Made by a program: the position numbers and the translations under genes | Assembly (NCBI GenBank): GCA_965223325.1 | Contig: CBDCWI010000002.1 | Location: 1,024,001-1,088,000 of the forward strand | From: Candidatus Multivoradales bacterium | GTDB taxonomy: Bacteria; Acidobacteriota; Thermoanaerobaculia; Multivoradales; Multivoraceae | Direction: 5' to 3' | DNA: 64,000 nucleotides | Notes under the pieces: model-generated | Database searches by the model: none | Seen by the model: the letters and a program-made list of their open reading frames with translations, nothing else | What the model was told of the DNA's origin: nothing | In this document: positions 22,042-32,279 of the stretch, piece after piece | How positions within the stretch are numbered: the first letter of the stretch is position 1 | How the letters are laid out: each line of letters begins with the position of its first letter

Positions 22042-22182
22042 GGGCGCGTTCTCCGCGGTTCAACGGTTCGGGGGGATACGGCCGCAGACTCTACCTTCTG
22101 CAGCGATCTTTCACTGACGGCTCGGGCCAGCTACTCTGGCGGCTGAGCTGACGGCCGAGATGGCGAGCTTGGAGATCCTGAC

Positions 22183-22962
22183 ATGAGCCAAGAGAACACC
22201 AACCAGGGACTGGCCCAACTCCTACGCGGTGGCAGACCGGCGCTCGGTTTCTGGGCGGGCCTCGGAAGCGCCGAAGCCATCGAGGCCCTGGGTGTTCTTG
22301 GCGCCGACTGGATCCTGATCGACTGTGAGCACGGCGCCGCCAGTCTCGACTCCATCACTCCGCTCCTGCGCGCCCTGGCCGCCTCGCCGACGACCGCCAT
22401 TGTGCGTCCGCCGTCGGCCGACCCAGTGGCGGTGTCACGTCTTGCAGATGCCGGCGCCGGCGGAGTCCTCTTGCCGCGGATCAAGACCGCTGCCGAAGTC
22501 CAGCGCGCGGTCGCTGCCGCACACTATCCCCCACGCGGTACGCGGGGCATCGGTCCGTGGCGGGCGTCGGGCTATTTCACCGATTTCAAGAACTACGTCG
22601 AAAGTACCCACCAGGACTTCGTGGTCGCCGCCCAGATCGAGACCAACGAAGCGGTCGCAGCGCTGGTGGAGATCGGCGCCATTGACGGCATCGATGCCCT
22701 GTTCATTGGCCCCGCCGATCTCTCAGCGGCCATGGGCCACTTCCCCGACACCAACCACCCCGAGGTCGAGGCGGTCTACGCCCGGGTCAGGGCGGCCTGC
22801 CAGCAGAACGGTGTCGCCGCGGGCTTCTACTGCACCTCCGGCAAGGCCGCCGCCCAACGCCTGGCCGAGGGTTTCACGATGGTCAGCGTGTGTTCGGATA
22901 TCGCCGCAATCACCAGTGCCGCGGGGCGGCAGCTGAACGCGGCGCGCACACCTTCCGAGTAA
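22183..22962 (+). CDS. HpcH/HpaI aldolase family protein
   Basis: DWILIDCEHG, YPPRGTRG, QIET, LFIGPADLS. Confidence 0.9.
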   Translation: MSQENTNQGLAQLLRGGRPALGFWAGLGSAEAIEALGVLGADWILIDCEHGAASLDSITPLLRALAASPTTAIVRPPSADPVAVSRLADAGAGGVLLPRIKTAAEVQRAVAAAHYPPRGTRGIGPWRASGYFTDFKNYVESTHQDFVVAAQIETNEAVAALVEIGAIDGIDALFIGPADLSAAMGHFPDTNHPEVEAVYARVRAACQQNGVAAGFYCTSGKAAAQRLAEGFTMVSVCSDIAAITSAAGRQLNAARTPSE

Positions 22963-23050
22963 GAGCGGCGGGAGCTGTAACAGAAGCCTCACGGCCCGGA
23001 AGGAACCGATCTCCCGTCACTTTGCCCGCCGGGCGAAGGAAGGTAAAACC

Positions 23051-23764
23051 ATGAAGATCGGCCAGACCCCCATCGTCCACCCATCCGCCTCTTCGAACGA
23101 GCCAGCTCGAAGATCAGGCCAAACGTCACCTGACTCATACGAAACCGCGCGGCCTCGCCTCAGCGCGGGCTACAAACAGCTGCTCGACCAGGTTTCGGCG
23201 CGCATCAAGAGACGCCGTGGACTGGCGGCGCGAAACCAGAGACTCGACCAGTTGAATTCGCTCGGCGGTCCCGTGTCGGTGCAGGTCGTCAACGGGCGGC
23301 GAATCCGGGTCCAGGATGCCGGCGGATTCTTGAAGGTCGATGGGAGCGAAGAGCGGCAGATTCGCTTTACCTGGCCCGCACGGCTGCAACCTCCCGCGGC
23401 AGTACTCGAAGCGCTCGCCCAGCGACCCGTCGGCTCGCTCTTCCAACCCGGACGACAACCGGGAGAAACTTTCTCGAGTGCCGAGGGTGCCGCGTGGCAG
23501 CTCAGCGCCAGGGCAGAGGAGGGTCCCTTGACGCCACTCGAAGCCCACCTGCTCAATCAATGGACCGAGGATGGAACTCTTGATCGCGCTCGTCAGGTTC
23601 TAAACGAAAGGCTCGGCCGCCACAATGCGCAGCACCGTGGGCGTATGTTCAGCAGTCCAATCGACCGCGTCAATCCGAGCGCTGTCGGCAACCGGCTTCC
23701 GGACTCACATATCGAGCCTCTTACGGGCGGTAGCGACGTTGCCGGGAATGTCTACTACTACTGA
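23051..23764 (+). CDS. Hypothetical protein (orphan-like)
   Basis: 237-aa ORF filling the gap between two genes, preceded by a purine-rich GAAGGAAGG RBS. No family recognised. Confidence 0.6.
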   Translation: MKIGQTPIVHPSASSNEPARRSGQTSPDSYETARPRLSAGYKQLLDQVSARIKRRRGLAARNQRLDQLNSLGGPVSVQVVNGRRIRVQDAGGFLKVDGSEERQIRFTWPARLQPPAAVLEALAQRPVGSLFQPGRQPGETFSSAEGAAWQLSARAEEGPLTPLEAHLLNQWTEDGTLDRARQVLNERLGRHNAQHRGRMFSSPIDRVNPSAVGNRLPDSHIEPLTGGSDVAGNVYYY

Positions 23765-23777
23765 TCCCTGGCTGTTG

Positions 23778-24833
23778 CTAGATACGCCCCACCGCCTCTT
23801 CGGCTAGATCCAAGGCCCCGGTGATTCGCCCGCGCATTTCGTCGAGGTCGATGCCCTCGGTGCTCTTCTTGCCCTGGCAGTAGCGCGCGTAGACACCGTG
23901 CAGAATCGCGGCAGTCTTCCAGCGATTGAAGCCCTCGTAGTACGCGAGCTCTGAGAGGTCACGGCCAGTCCGTTCGGCGTAGCGCTCGGCAAGCTCGGAA
24001 CGGGTGGGAAACCCAGAGGCGGCGGTCGGCGCGTCGGCGCCGACAGAAGGATCGCCCTTCTCGCGCGGCCAGATGTTGAGCGCGTAGGCAAGATCGGCGA
24101 GCGGGTCGCCGAGGGTCGAGATCTCCCAATCGACGACCGCCGCGACGATCGAGTCCGGCCCGGTCAGACAGTTGTGGACCCCGTAGTCGCCGTGCACAAC
24201 GCGCGCTGGCCCCTGCTCCGGCAAGTGCTCGAGGAAGTACTCGCGCAGCGCGTGGGCGCGCGGGTCGTCGTACTGGGCCGGCTCCACTGATGCGGTCCAG
24301 GAGCGATACCAGGTCTTGACCTGTCGACCGACGTAGCTGTCACGTTTGCCGAGTTCCCCGAGACCAACCTCGTCTGGATCGACGGCGTGCAGATCGGCGA
24401 GCACATCGATGAACGAGTGCGCCAACTGACGGCGCTTGGCTTCCGGCACCCAGGCCTCGGTCTCGGAACGTGTGTAGAGGGCGCGCCCGTCGACCAACGC
24501 CATGACGTAGAACCAGGCTCCGGTGACCTCCGGGCTCTCGCAGAAGACGATCGCCTCAGGAACCGGCACAGCGGTCTCGCCGAGCGCCGAGATCAGCGCC
24601 CACTCGCGACTCATGTCGTGTGCCTTCGGCAGCAACTTGCCCTGCGGCGGTCGGCGAACAACCGCCGTGCGACCTTGGCCGTCTTCGATGCGATAGGTCA
24701 GGTTCGAATGACCACCCTCGAGCCGAGTCCACTCGAACGGCGGCGTCAGACGGTCGGTGTGTTCCCCGATCCATGCTTCAACCGCCGCTTGATCGTAGCC
24801 CTCCGGGCCCAGGCTTTCGTCGTGTGCACTCAA
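23778..24833 (-). CDS. Phosphotransferase family protein (APH/ACAD10-N type)
   Basis: GGHSNLTY, AHDMSRE, VVHGDY, VVDWEISTLGDPLADL. Confidence 0.9.
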   Translation of the reverse strand: MSAHDESLGPEGYDQAAVEAWIGEHTDRLTPPFEWTRLEGGHSNLTYRIEDGQGRTAVVRRPPQGKLLPKAHDMSREWALISALGETAVPVPEAIVFCESPEVTGAWFYVMALVDGRALYTRSETEAWVPEAKRRQLAHSFIDVLADLHAVDPDEVGLGELGKRDSYVGRQVKTWYRSWTASVEPAQYDDPRAHALREYFLEHLPEQGPARVVHGDYGVHNCLTGPDSIVAAVVDWEISTLGDPLADLAYALNIWPREKGDPSVGADAPTAASGFPTRSELAERYAERTGRDLSELAYYEGFNRWKTAAILHGVYARYCQGKKSTEGIDLDEMRGRITGALDLAEEAVGRI

Positions 24834-24923
24834 CGGGTTCTCCCAACTTCTGTGCAGGCAGCGTGATCTGACTTCGGAGGAGACTACCGTGCCGCCTTTG
24901 TCTCCCGAGTGGTCCCGCGCCGG

Positions 24924-26369
24924 TCAGGGACTCTCGAGCAACGTGAACAGCAGGTTGTCGACGAACATCGGTGACCTGGTCAGGCCCAGGTGGTTGGAGA
25001 AGATGAACGTCACGTGCGACCAGTCGACTGGCGACTGCAGGTGCGGCTGCCACTCCCCTCCAATGCGCTCATCCGCCAGCGCGCTGGCGCGGGTGACCGT
25101 ACCGTCACCGGCAGCGGTCTCGGCGCTCTTCAAGCGACCACGGCTGTCGATCGCCAACACCGAGTCGGTTGGCTGGGCGTCTCCCGCGACCAGGTAGAGC
25201 TCGAGGCCTGGCGGCCGCTCGGCAGGTTGATCGAGGGCGGCATTCACCTCTTTAGCACGCTCGAGGAGACGTTCGAGATGAGCCAGCGCCACTTGCCGTC
25301 GCTCCGCCGGATCGTCGATCTCGGGCAGGAGGTGCGCTAAGACCTCGGCTTGCTGTGGATCGGCCAGGCCCCACTCCTGTTGCTTCCACAGCTCGACATC
25401 GTAGAGGTCAGCGGCGGTTTCGGTTCGGCTCCCCGAATCGACGACGGTCTGATGCCGTGTGCGCGGCAGGAGCTGGAAAGGTCCCGGCATCGTGCCGAGC
25501 ATCGCCGCGGGATAGCGGGCAATGAAGGCGGCGGGTTTCCAACCAAACGCCAGCTGCTCGAGCGCCTTGACCGAACCGTGGTTCGGCGCGCCCACCAGGA
25601 TCGCCTTGTCGACAACTTCGGCACCCTTCCAGGTCACCGTTGGCTGCTCTCCTCCTTCCGGCAGAGGCTCATCGCCATAGCGCAGGAAGTAGCGCGCCAG
25701 GAGACCACCCATTGAATGCGCCACAAGATCGAACTGCACGTCTCTGTCGACGTCGTAGCGCTCCTTGAGCTCTCGTTCGACGTAGAGCTTCTTCTCCTCG
25801 ATGAACTGTGCGAGCAGCGCCGCGTTCTCCGCCAGGTCGCGCCGCCAGTCGTAGGCAAACTGAAAGCAGGTGAAGTGATCGTCGCCATAGTCAACCGCAT
25901 CGAAGTAGGTGATCGCCGGGTCGCGATAGCCGCCCGCCCCTAGCGTGCGCAGGATGTTCGAGTAGGCGCGCAGCTCGACCGGAATACCCAGGAGCTTGAC
26001 CTGGACCCGCGACAGGACCTCGGTCGCTTTGACCCCGTCCCGCAGGTTCTCGAGCGGCACCGTCCGGTCGCCCGTCATCGGCAAGGCGATCAGGCGCCGA
26101 CCCGGAGCGGAGCGCGGGTTGGCACTCTTCGCATCAAAGGCACCCCAGACAACAGTGCCAGTCGCTTCGTCCTTCAGCTGGCTCCCCAGAATGCCCGGAA
26201 TCAGAATCACCGGATTGCGTAAATCGTGACCCGACTGAGCGCTCCGATTGTAGAGCGCACCGATCTCGGGACGCCGCGACGACCCACAGCCGACCAGCAG
26301 GAGCGCCAGAAAGAACTGCACGACGACTCGCCAGCCATCGCGGCGCCAACAGAAACGTAGTGTAAACAT
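24924..26369 (-). CDS. Lipoprotein alpha/beta hydrolase, LCAT/lipase-like
   Basis: Lipobox LLVGC, PVILIPGILGS, FAYDWRR, AHSMGG nucleophile elbow, GDGTV. Confidence 0.85.
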   Translation of the reverse strand: MFTLRFCWRRDGWRVVVQFFLALLLVGCGSSRRPEIGALYNRSAQSGHDLRNPVILIPGILGSQLKDEATGTVVWGAFDAKSANPRSAPGRRLIALPMTGDRTVPLENLRDGVKATEVLSRVQVKLLGIPVELRAYSNILRTLGAGGYRDPAITYFDAVDYGDDHFTCFQFAYDWRRDLAENAALLAQFIEEKKLYVERELKERYDVDRDVQFDLVAHSMGGLLARYFLRYGDEPLPEGGEQPTVTWKGAEVVDKAILVGAPNHGSVKALEQLAFGWKPAAFIARYPAAMLGTMPGPFQLLPRTRHQTVVDSGSRTETAADLYDVELWKQQEWGLADPQQAEVLAHLLPEIDDPAERRQVALAHLERLLERAKEVNAALDQPAERPPGLELYLVAGDAQPTDSVLAIDSRGRLKSAETAAGDGTVTRASALADERIGGEWQPHLQSPVDWSHVTFIFSNHLGLTRSPMFVDNLLFTLLESP

Positions 26370-26414
26370 CGCGACACGTTACCGCGCCGACAACCAAAGC
26401 CAAGCCCGTCAATG

Positions 26415-26678
26415 CCCGGGCATTCCCCGGGCATTCCCCGGGCGTTTCCCGGGCAATCGACTGGGGTGGTTCTGGGATTTCGCGGGTTTGGAACTGCGCT
26501 GCTCGGACCGCGAGGCGTAGTCGCACACGCGCAAGGATGGACCACTCCCGGGCATTCCCCGGGCGTTTCCCGGGCGTTTCCCGGGCAATCGACTGGGGTG
26601 GTTCTGGGATTTCGCGGGTCAGGGGGCTGTGGCTGCTTTGACCGCGAGGCGTGGTCGCACGCGCGCGAGGATAGACCA
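26415..26678. repeat. About 132-bp tandem duplication: CCCGGGC(A/G)TT(C/T) 11-mer block plus a copy of the last codons of the M1 peptidase gene
   Basis: 26415-26487 is nearly identical to 26547-26619. 26488-26544 is a diverged copy of the gene end at 26620-26678. Confidence 0.9.
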
Positions 26679-29090
26679 GTCTGGATTGAAGACCAGCCTC
26701 TGGGGTTCACGGTCGACCGTGATGGTGTGTTCGCCGCTGCCCTCGACCTCGACTAGATGCCACGACGACGCACCGTCTCTGTACTCGACCAGGACCGGCA
26801 GGGCGGCGGTGTGTTGCAGGTACGCATCGGTCTGCTCGACGTCGAGGTCGACCCTCCAGGCCGCTTCGGATACCTGCACTGTCTCGGCGCTCCAGGCATA
26901 GGTGGGGATCTCGGTGCCGTAGACGTAGCGATCGAAGAAGCCTTTCCAGTCGGCTTCGCTCAACAGAGCGAGGCGTTCGCGCAGGAGTTCGGTCGACAAC
27001 TGCCGCCCACCCCTTCCATCGACACCGAGCAGCCCCTTCAAGAGACCCACGAAGGCCTCGTCATCGCCAGTTCGAGCCTTCAGGTGCTGGCGGATCATGT
27101 GCAGAACCAGGGCGCCTTTGCGATAGGTCATCGAACTGTAGGCGGTGGGCGCCTCGGCGGTGGCAGCGCGATAACCATGAGCAATCGGCCCGATGCGTTG
27201 GCGACCAGCTCTGTTGAGGAGGGCGACGCCGGGCCGCGCAAAGGCACCGAATGCCCCTTCGATTGAACCCAACAGTTCATGGGTGTACTGCGCCAGAATG
27301 TCGCGAAACACCCGCCGACCTTCGTCGACTTCGGCTTCGACGTACATCATCGCCGCGTACTCGGCCATCGCCTCCGACAACCACTGGTCACGGTAGGAGG
27401 CCCATCCCACCCCGTGTCCCCACCATTGATGCGCCACCTCGTGTGCGACGAAGAGTTCGACTCGGCCGTGGTAGGCAAAGCCAGGGAACCCGGGTTTCGC
27501 GACAATCAGGTCGTCGAGCTGAACCATGCCCGAGAACGCCTGACCGTGGCGCGAACCGATCATGCCCACCCACAGCTCAGGTGCCGGAATCGGTTGATCG
27601 TAGAGCTCTTCGAGAAAACGCAGGCTGCCGATGACGTGTTCTGACGTCTCCTCGACTCGTGCCCGCGACATGAACCCGCCCTTGGTTCCAAAGACGGTAA
27701 CCGGCGGCAGGCCCGGCTCTTCGAACCGCTTCTGATGAGGTGCACGAGCGAAGACAAAACCGAGCATGCGGCTGGGCTCCTCGCTTTCCCACACCGAGCG
27801 ACGGACAGCCTTCGGACGCAGTCCCGGGCGGCGCTGCTCCCGGTCTTCGACTTCGCGACCCGGGCCGATGGCGTCGTAGTCGGAACGCAGGGTGAGTGCG
27901 ACGCGCCCGGTATGCGGCTGCTCGTGCATACCGCGTGGGCGCGGATACCAGGTCAGGCCGGGGGCGTAGCCGGGGAGCTCCAGTTCGTAGGTCACCTCGA
28001 GCTCGACCGCCTGACCGCCCTGCAGCGGCTCATCGAGCAACACCACAAAACCCGGGTTGGCAAACCGGTCGGTAAGGGAAGCATCGAGCGTGCCGACCGG
28101 ATAGCGCAGGAACGAGAGCGGTGTGTCGCCGCGCTGGACGGACTCGATGCGCGCCAGTGGATGCATCACCAGCTCCAGCGCCGCGGTGCCGGTCTTCCTC
28201 GCACGCAGGCGAACAGTGGTTTCGAACTGTCCGTTCATGGGGTAGGACTGGCCCAGACCCTGCGCACCGCCAACTCCGCGACGGGCGGCGCGCGTGAGAT
28301 CGACTTCCGCGTCGACGTGTTCGAGCACCACCCGGCTCGACTCGACACCCAATGGCCGCCCGTCAGGCCGGCGTTCGTCAGCGCGATCGAGGCTCAGCCA
28401 ACTCTCCAGCACTCCGAAGCGACCGTGCTTCGAGAAGTGCATCAGGTCGACCTCTTCGATCAAGGTGGCGTCGAACTGAAACGTCAGCCAGCCGAAGTCG
28501 TGGCTTTCGAGGTCGGCGCGCAGGTAACGGTCCCCAAGGTTCCCAAGACCCGCAATGACACGCGCGCTGGCATCGTGTTGGTGGGTCAGCAACCAACGCT
28601 GGTGCCGGCTCCTGGCCACTCGATGGACCGTACTTGACTTTTTTTGCGTCTCTTCTGCGAGCGCAGCGAGAAGATCGACGACTTCGCGGTTCGAAGAACG
28701 AAGCACCAGACGATCGAACGACTGGTCGATTTCCTCCATCTCGCGGTCGCGCGCGAAACGTCGCAACTGACGCAGCTCGACCGCGTCGGGGACCTGCATT
28801 TCAAAGCGCCCCTTGCCCTCGAAGACGACTCCGGTGAACGCCCCGCTGCCGGTCGGTTCGAGCAGCCAGACCTCACCACCAGCAAGCGTAAACCGCGCCG
28901 AATCAACCTCCCAGACGATACCCTCTTCCGGTACCAGCACCGGGCCGAGGTAGCGCTGTTCCTTCCACATCTCCCAGTCGGCGAGACCGGGAGGATCGGC
29001 CGCGAAGGACGCCGTTGAAACGCCGCCGACCAGAAGAAGCAAGCCGGCCGCCCCAAAAACCCTCGCCTTCGCGCTGGCCCGGGTCACCAT
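26619..29090 (-). CDS. M1-family aminopeptidase-like zinc metallopeptidase
   Basis: HEVAHQWWG..WLSEAMAEY (HEXXH+E), YRKGALVLHM, signal peptide. Confidence 0.85.
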   Translation of the reverse strand: MVTRASAKARVFGAAGLLLLVGGVSTASFAADPPGLADWEMWKEQRYLGPVLVPEEGIVWEVDSARFTLAGGEVWLLEPTGSGAFTGVVFEGKGRFEMQVPDAVELRQLRRFARDREMEEIDQSFDRLVLRSSNREVVDLLAALAEETQKKSSTVHRVARSRHQRWLLTHQHDASARVIAGLGNLGDRYLRADLESHDFGWLTFQFDATLIEEVDLMHFSKHGRFGVLESWLSLDRADERRPDGRPLGVESSRVVLEHVDAEVDLTRAARRGVGGAQGLGQSYPMNGQFETTVRLRARKTGTAALELVMHPLARIESVQRGDTPLSFLRYPVGTLDASLTDRFANPGFVVLLDEPLQGGQAVELEVTYELELPGYAPGLTWYPRPRGMHEQPHTGRVALTLRSDYDAIGPGREVEDREQRRPGLRPKAVRRSVWESEEPSRMLGFVFARAPHQKRFEEPGLPPVTVFGTKGGFMSRARVEETSEHVIGSLRFLEELYDQPIPAPELWVGMIGSRHGQAFSGMVQLDDLIVAKPGFPGFAYHGRVELFVAHEVAHQWWGHGVGWASYRDQWLSEAMAEYAAMMYVEAEVDEGRRVFRDILAQYTHELLGSIEGAFGAFARPGVALLNRAGRQRIGPIAHGYRAATAEAPTAYSSMTYRKGALVLHMIRQHLKARTGDDEAFVGLLKGLLGVDGRGGRQLSTELLRERLALLSEADWKGFFDRYVYGTEIPTYAWSAETVQVSEAAWRVDLDVEQTDAYLQHTAALPVLVEYRDGASSWHLVEVEGSGEHTITVDREPQRLVFNPDWSILARVRPRLAVKAATAP

Positions 29091-29129
29091 CTCAAGCCTC
29101 CTCGGGCGGTTGCGATGCGTGCGGCCGAC

Positions 29130-29840
29130 TCACGATTCCTTCGCCGCTCCGTCGTCATCGAAGCCAACGAAGGTCACCACCTCCGCGACCGCTCGGCGCC
29201 TCGACACCACCGCGTTAGCCGGAAAGCTGTCATCGGGATAGCCCATCGCGACACAGATCATGATCACCTGGTCATCCGGGATCCCGGCATGTTCCCGCAC
29301 CACCGGTGACTGCATGATTCCCTGACTGTTGATCACACAGCCCAACCCCTTAGACCAGGCCGCGTTGACTAACGCATTGGTAACCGCACCAGCATCGAAG
29401 GGCGCAATATCGGAACCTTCGAGCGCCCGGTCGTACGTCACGACGATCGAAACCGGCGCATCGAACTGCCGAAAACCCCGCAACACCCAGTCTTGCCGCG
29501 CTTCTTTGTCGTGGCGTTCGATTCCCATCGCCTGAAACAACTGCACCGCGATCTCGATCTGTCGTTCGCGGTGGACACCGACGTAGGGCCCGAGGGTTCG
29601 AAACTCGCGCGAGTGAGGCACGCCTGCCAGGTTGCGTTCGGTATTGCCGGCACGAATGCGATCGAGGGGCTCGCCCGCGAGCACAAAGAAGTGCCAGGGT
29701 TGCGTGTTCATCGACGACGGCGCGCGTGTGGCGAGCCTGAGGACCTCCTCGATGACCGAACGCGGCACCGGGTCGGGCTTGTAGCCTCGAATGCTGCGCC
29801 GGCCCAAGACAACTTCGTCGTACTGCAATGAAACCTCCAT
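29130..29840 (-). CDS. Nitroreductase family protein
   Basis: RRSIRGY, APSSMNTQPWHF, FDAP, AMGYPD. Confidence 0.9.
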   Translation of the reverse strand: MEVSLQYDEVVLGRRSIRGYKPDPVPRSVIEEVLRLATRAPSSMNTQPWHFFVLAGEPLDRIRAGNTERNLAGVPHSREFRTLGPYVGVHRERQIEIAVQLFQAMGIERHDKEARQDWVLRGFRQFDAPVSIVVTYDRALEGSDIAPFDAGAVTNALVNAAWSKGLGCVINSQGIMQSPVVREHAGIPDDQVIMICVAMGYPDDSFPANAVVSRRRAVAEVVTFVGFDDDGAAKES

Positions 29841-29955
29841 GCTCGCCCCACGCCTTGGAGGCGTCTAAACACTGTCGAAGACTCGAGAAGATGTTAGCGC
29901 CAAGCTGCCCTGTAGCCTCTGGGACCGAATCCACTCACCAACGAGGAACCGCTCC

Positions 29956-30588
29956 ATGATCAAAGTCCACCATCTCATTGTCGGCCGCTCGGTCTTCACC
30001 GTCTGGTTGATCGAAGAACTCGGCCTGGACTACGAGCTCGAGATCTACGAGCGACTCGACACCGGCCGCGCACCTGCCACCCTGCGCGATGCACACCCTC
30101 TCGGCAAGTCGCCGGTGATCGAAGACGACGGCCGGGTGATCGCCGAATCGGGCGCCATCGCCACCTACCTCCTCGAGCGCTATGACCCCGAGAACCGCCT
30201 CGGCCCTGCGCGTACCGACCTCGACGCCTGGGTTCCCTTCATCCAGTGGCTGCACTACCCCGAAGGTTCTGCCTTTGTGCCCTTCTTCCTCAACCTGCTG
30301 GGTATGCGCAGCGGCGACACGCTAGGGCCGGTGATGGCAAGCTTCGCGACCGCTGAAGCCACCCTCCACCTGGGTTACATCGCCGATGGGCTGGGAGAGA
30401 AGCCCTACATCCTCGGCGACTTTTCTGCCGCCGACATCGGCCTCGGCTACATCGCGAGTCTCGTCGACCGCCTGTCGCTGCTCGACTCCAACGAGCATGG
30501 CGGACCGTTCCCCTCCATCAAGGCCTATCTCGAACGACTCCAGGCGCGGCCGGCCTTCCAGCGCGCCTGGGAACGCACCGGAGGCTGA
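29956..30588 (+). CDS. Glutathione S-transferase family protein
   Basis: HPLGKSPVIED, IAESGAI, FSAADI, RPAFQRA. Confidence 0.9.
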   Translation: MIKVHHLIVGRSVFTVWLIEELGLDYELEIYERLDTGRAPATLRDAHPLGKSPVIEDDGRVIAESGAIATYLLERYDPENRLGPARTDLDAWVPFIQWLHYPEGSAFVPFFLNLLGMRSGDTLGPVMASFATAEATLHLGYIADGLGEKPYILGDFSAADIGLGYIASLVDRLSLLDSNEHGGPFPSIKAYLERLQARPAFQRAWERTGG

Positions 30589-30598
30589 GGGGCGTCCG

Positions 30599-32086
30599 TC
30601 AGTCTTCTTCGGGTGTCGCGACGGCACGTGCGGGGGCGAGGGTTGAAAGCCACGCCGCCACCCGTCGGCGTTGGGCTCCCCGGCTGCTGCTGTCGCGTTC
30701 CTGCAGATAGGCGAAGAAGACCGGCTGCCGGCCTCGGCGTGAGATTCCGGCCAGGGCAACCGTGTCTTCGAGCGTGCCAGTCTTGGCGCGCACCGACGGC
30801 ATCGGCGGCCACGACGCAAGGGTTCCGGTGCGCGAGCCCGGTAGCGCCGAAAAAAGCGACGCCCGCCACGGCTGATCGTAGCTCCAGGCGATCACTGCAA
30901 CCACCGTGCGCGGTGTCACGACGTTGCGCAACCCGAGGCCCGAACCGTCTTCGAGCTCGAAGCTGTCACGTTCTACACCGACCTCCTCTTCGAGCCACGC
31001 GGCCATTGCATCGAGCGACAGATCGAGGCGACCCTCGCCGGCGGTCGCCAGACCGAGTTGTCGAAGCAGCATGTCCGCCAGCCAGTTGTCGCTGCGCGTG
31101 AGAACCGGAACCAGGAGGTCGGCGAGCGGTGGCGACTGCATGAAGGCGAGAACGACTCCGGCGCGCGTCGCCGCACCGTCTTCGACGCGCGTCCCACCAG
31201 TGATCGCGATTCCAGCCGCCTCGAGCTCAGCGCGCACAACCCGCAGCGCCTGCAGGTCGGGGTTGGGGTGGCTCAAGTTGACGCGAATCGGACCCTCGCT
31301 GATCGGATACTCGCCACGCACGACGATCTCGTCACTTCCCCAGATCGGCAGGAACTCGATCGAGCCCCGCCCTTCGCGATGTTCGCCCACCGTCGTCGAG
31401 CGGTTGCGAATGATCAGGCCGTCAGGCCCCTCGATCACCGCTGGTACACCCAAGCGCTCGCCGGCGGCCAGGCGCACGTTCACGGTGTTGCCATCGACCG
31501 ACAGCGCAGAGACCGGAGTTCCGAGAGACACCGCGACTTCGCTCGCCGAGCGACTCGGCGGGTAGCGCCAACCCGGAACCGCCGCGGTGTCGACAACCAG
31601 ATCCCCTTCGACCCGCCGCACTCCGACCTTCAAGAGTTGCGCTGCCAGCTCCTGCAGCGGTCGCTCCGGGTTCTGCGCGTGGAAGCGGCGGGTGACACTG
31701 GGATCGCCCGCGCCGCGCATGACCAGATCGCCGGCGAGAACTCCCTCGCGTGGCGGTGCCGCTGCCCGCACCTCGGTGACAATGCGGTGCTCGGGCCCGA
31801 GCTCACCGAGAAGCGCAGCTGCAACCAGCAGTTTCTGCACCGAGGCGGGCTTGAAGAGCCGGTCTGCGTCAGAGCTGACCAGGACTTCCCCGCCGTGCGC
31901 AACGGCAAGCACACCGCGACGTCCACGCTCCGCGGTGCCACTTGACTCGTCGTTGGCCAGCCCGGGGGCCACCAGGAGAAGCAGGGCGAACGCAAACGCC
32001 AGGACCGCCGGAGAGATCGTCGGCAACATCACCATCGCCGGAAGGAGAGGGCAGCTGAATCGAGGCCGCAGGGCAGAAAGTCTCAT
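30599..32086 (-). CDS. dacB: D-alanyl-D-alanine carboxypeptidase/endopeptidase (PBP4, S13)
   Basis: PASVQK (SxxK), GAGDP, SDN, DGSGL and KTG motifs. Start codon uncertain. Confidence 0.88.
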   Translation of the reverse strand: MRLSALRPRFSCPLLPAMVMLPTISPAVLAFAFALLLLVAPGLANDESSGTAERGRRGVLAVAHGGEVLVSSDADRLFKPASVQKLLVAAALLGELGPEHRIVTEVRAAAPPREGVLAGDLVMRGAGDPSVTRRFHAQNPERPLQELAAQLLKVGVRRVEGDLVVDTAAVPGWRYPPSRSASEVAVSLGTPVSALSVDGNTVNVRLAAGERLGVPAVIEGPDGLIIRNRSTTVGEHREGRGSIEFLPIWGSDEIVVRGEYPISEGPIRVNLSHPNPDLQALRVVRAELEAAGIAITGGTRVEDGAATRAGVVLAFMQSPPLADLLVPVLTRSDNWLADMLLRQLGLATAGEGRLDLSLDAMAAWLEEEVGVERDSFELEDGSGLGLRNVVTPRTVVAVIAWSYDQPWRASLFSALPGSRTGTLASWPPMPSVRAKTGTLEDTVALAGISRRGRQPVFFAYLQERDSSSRGAQRRRVAAWLSTLAPARAVATPEED

Positions 32087-32279
32087 CACCACGAATCCTA
32101 ACGTTTCTCGGGTGCTCCGATTCCACCTACCCCCAGTTCCGACAAACATTGACCGCGCAGCAGCGATCTGGTTTCCTTAGTCGTATTCCCCAATGCTCGA
32201 ACGACGGTTCTGCTCGCACCCGCCTCGCGGCCAAGGGCCGATCCGGAACTTTCCGCTCCGTACCTGGAGGGCCCGCGCC

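Noticed and set aside
26488-26678. DGR template/variable repeat pair at the M1 peptidase C-terminus
   Set aside because: Mismatches are not adenine-specific and there is no reverse transcriptase in the window.
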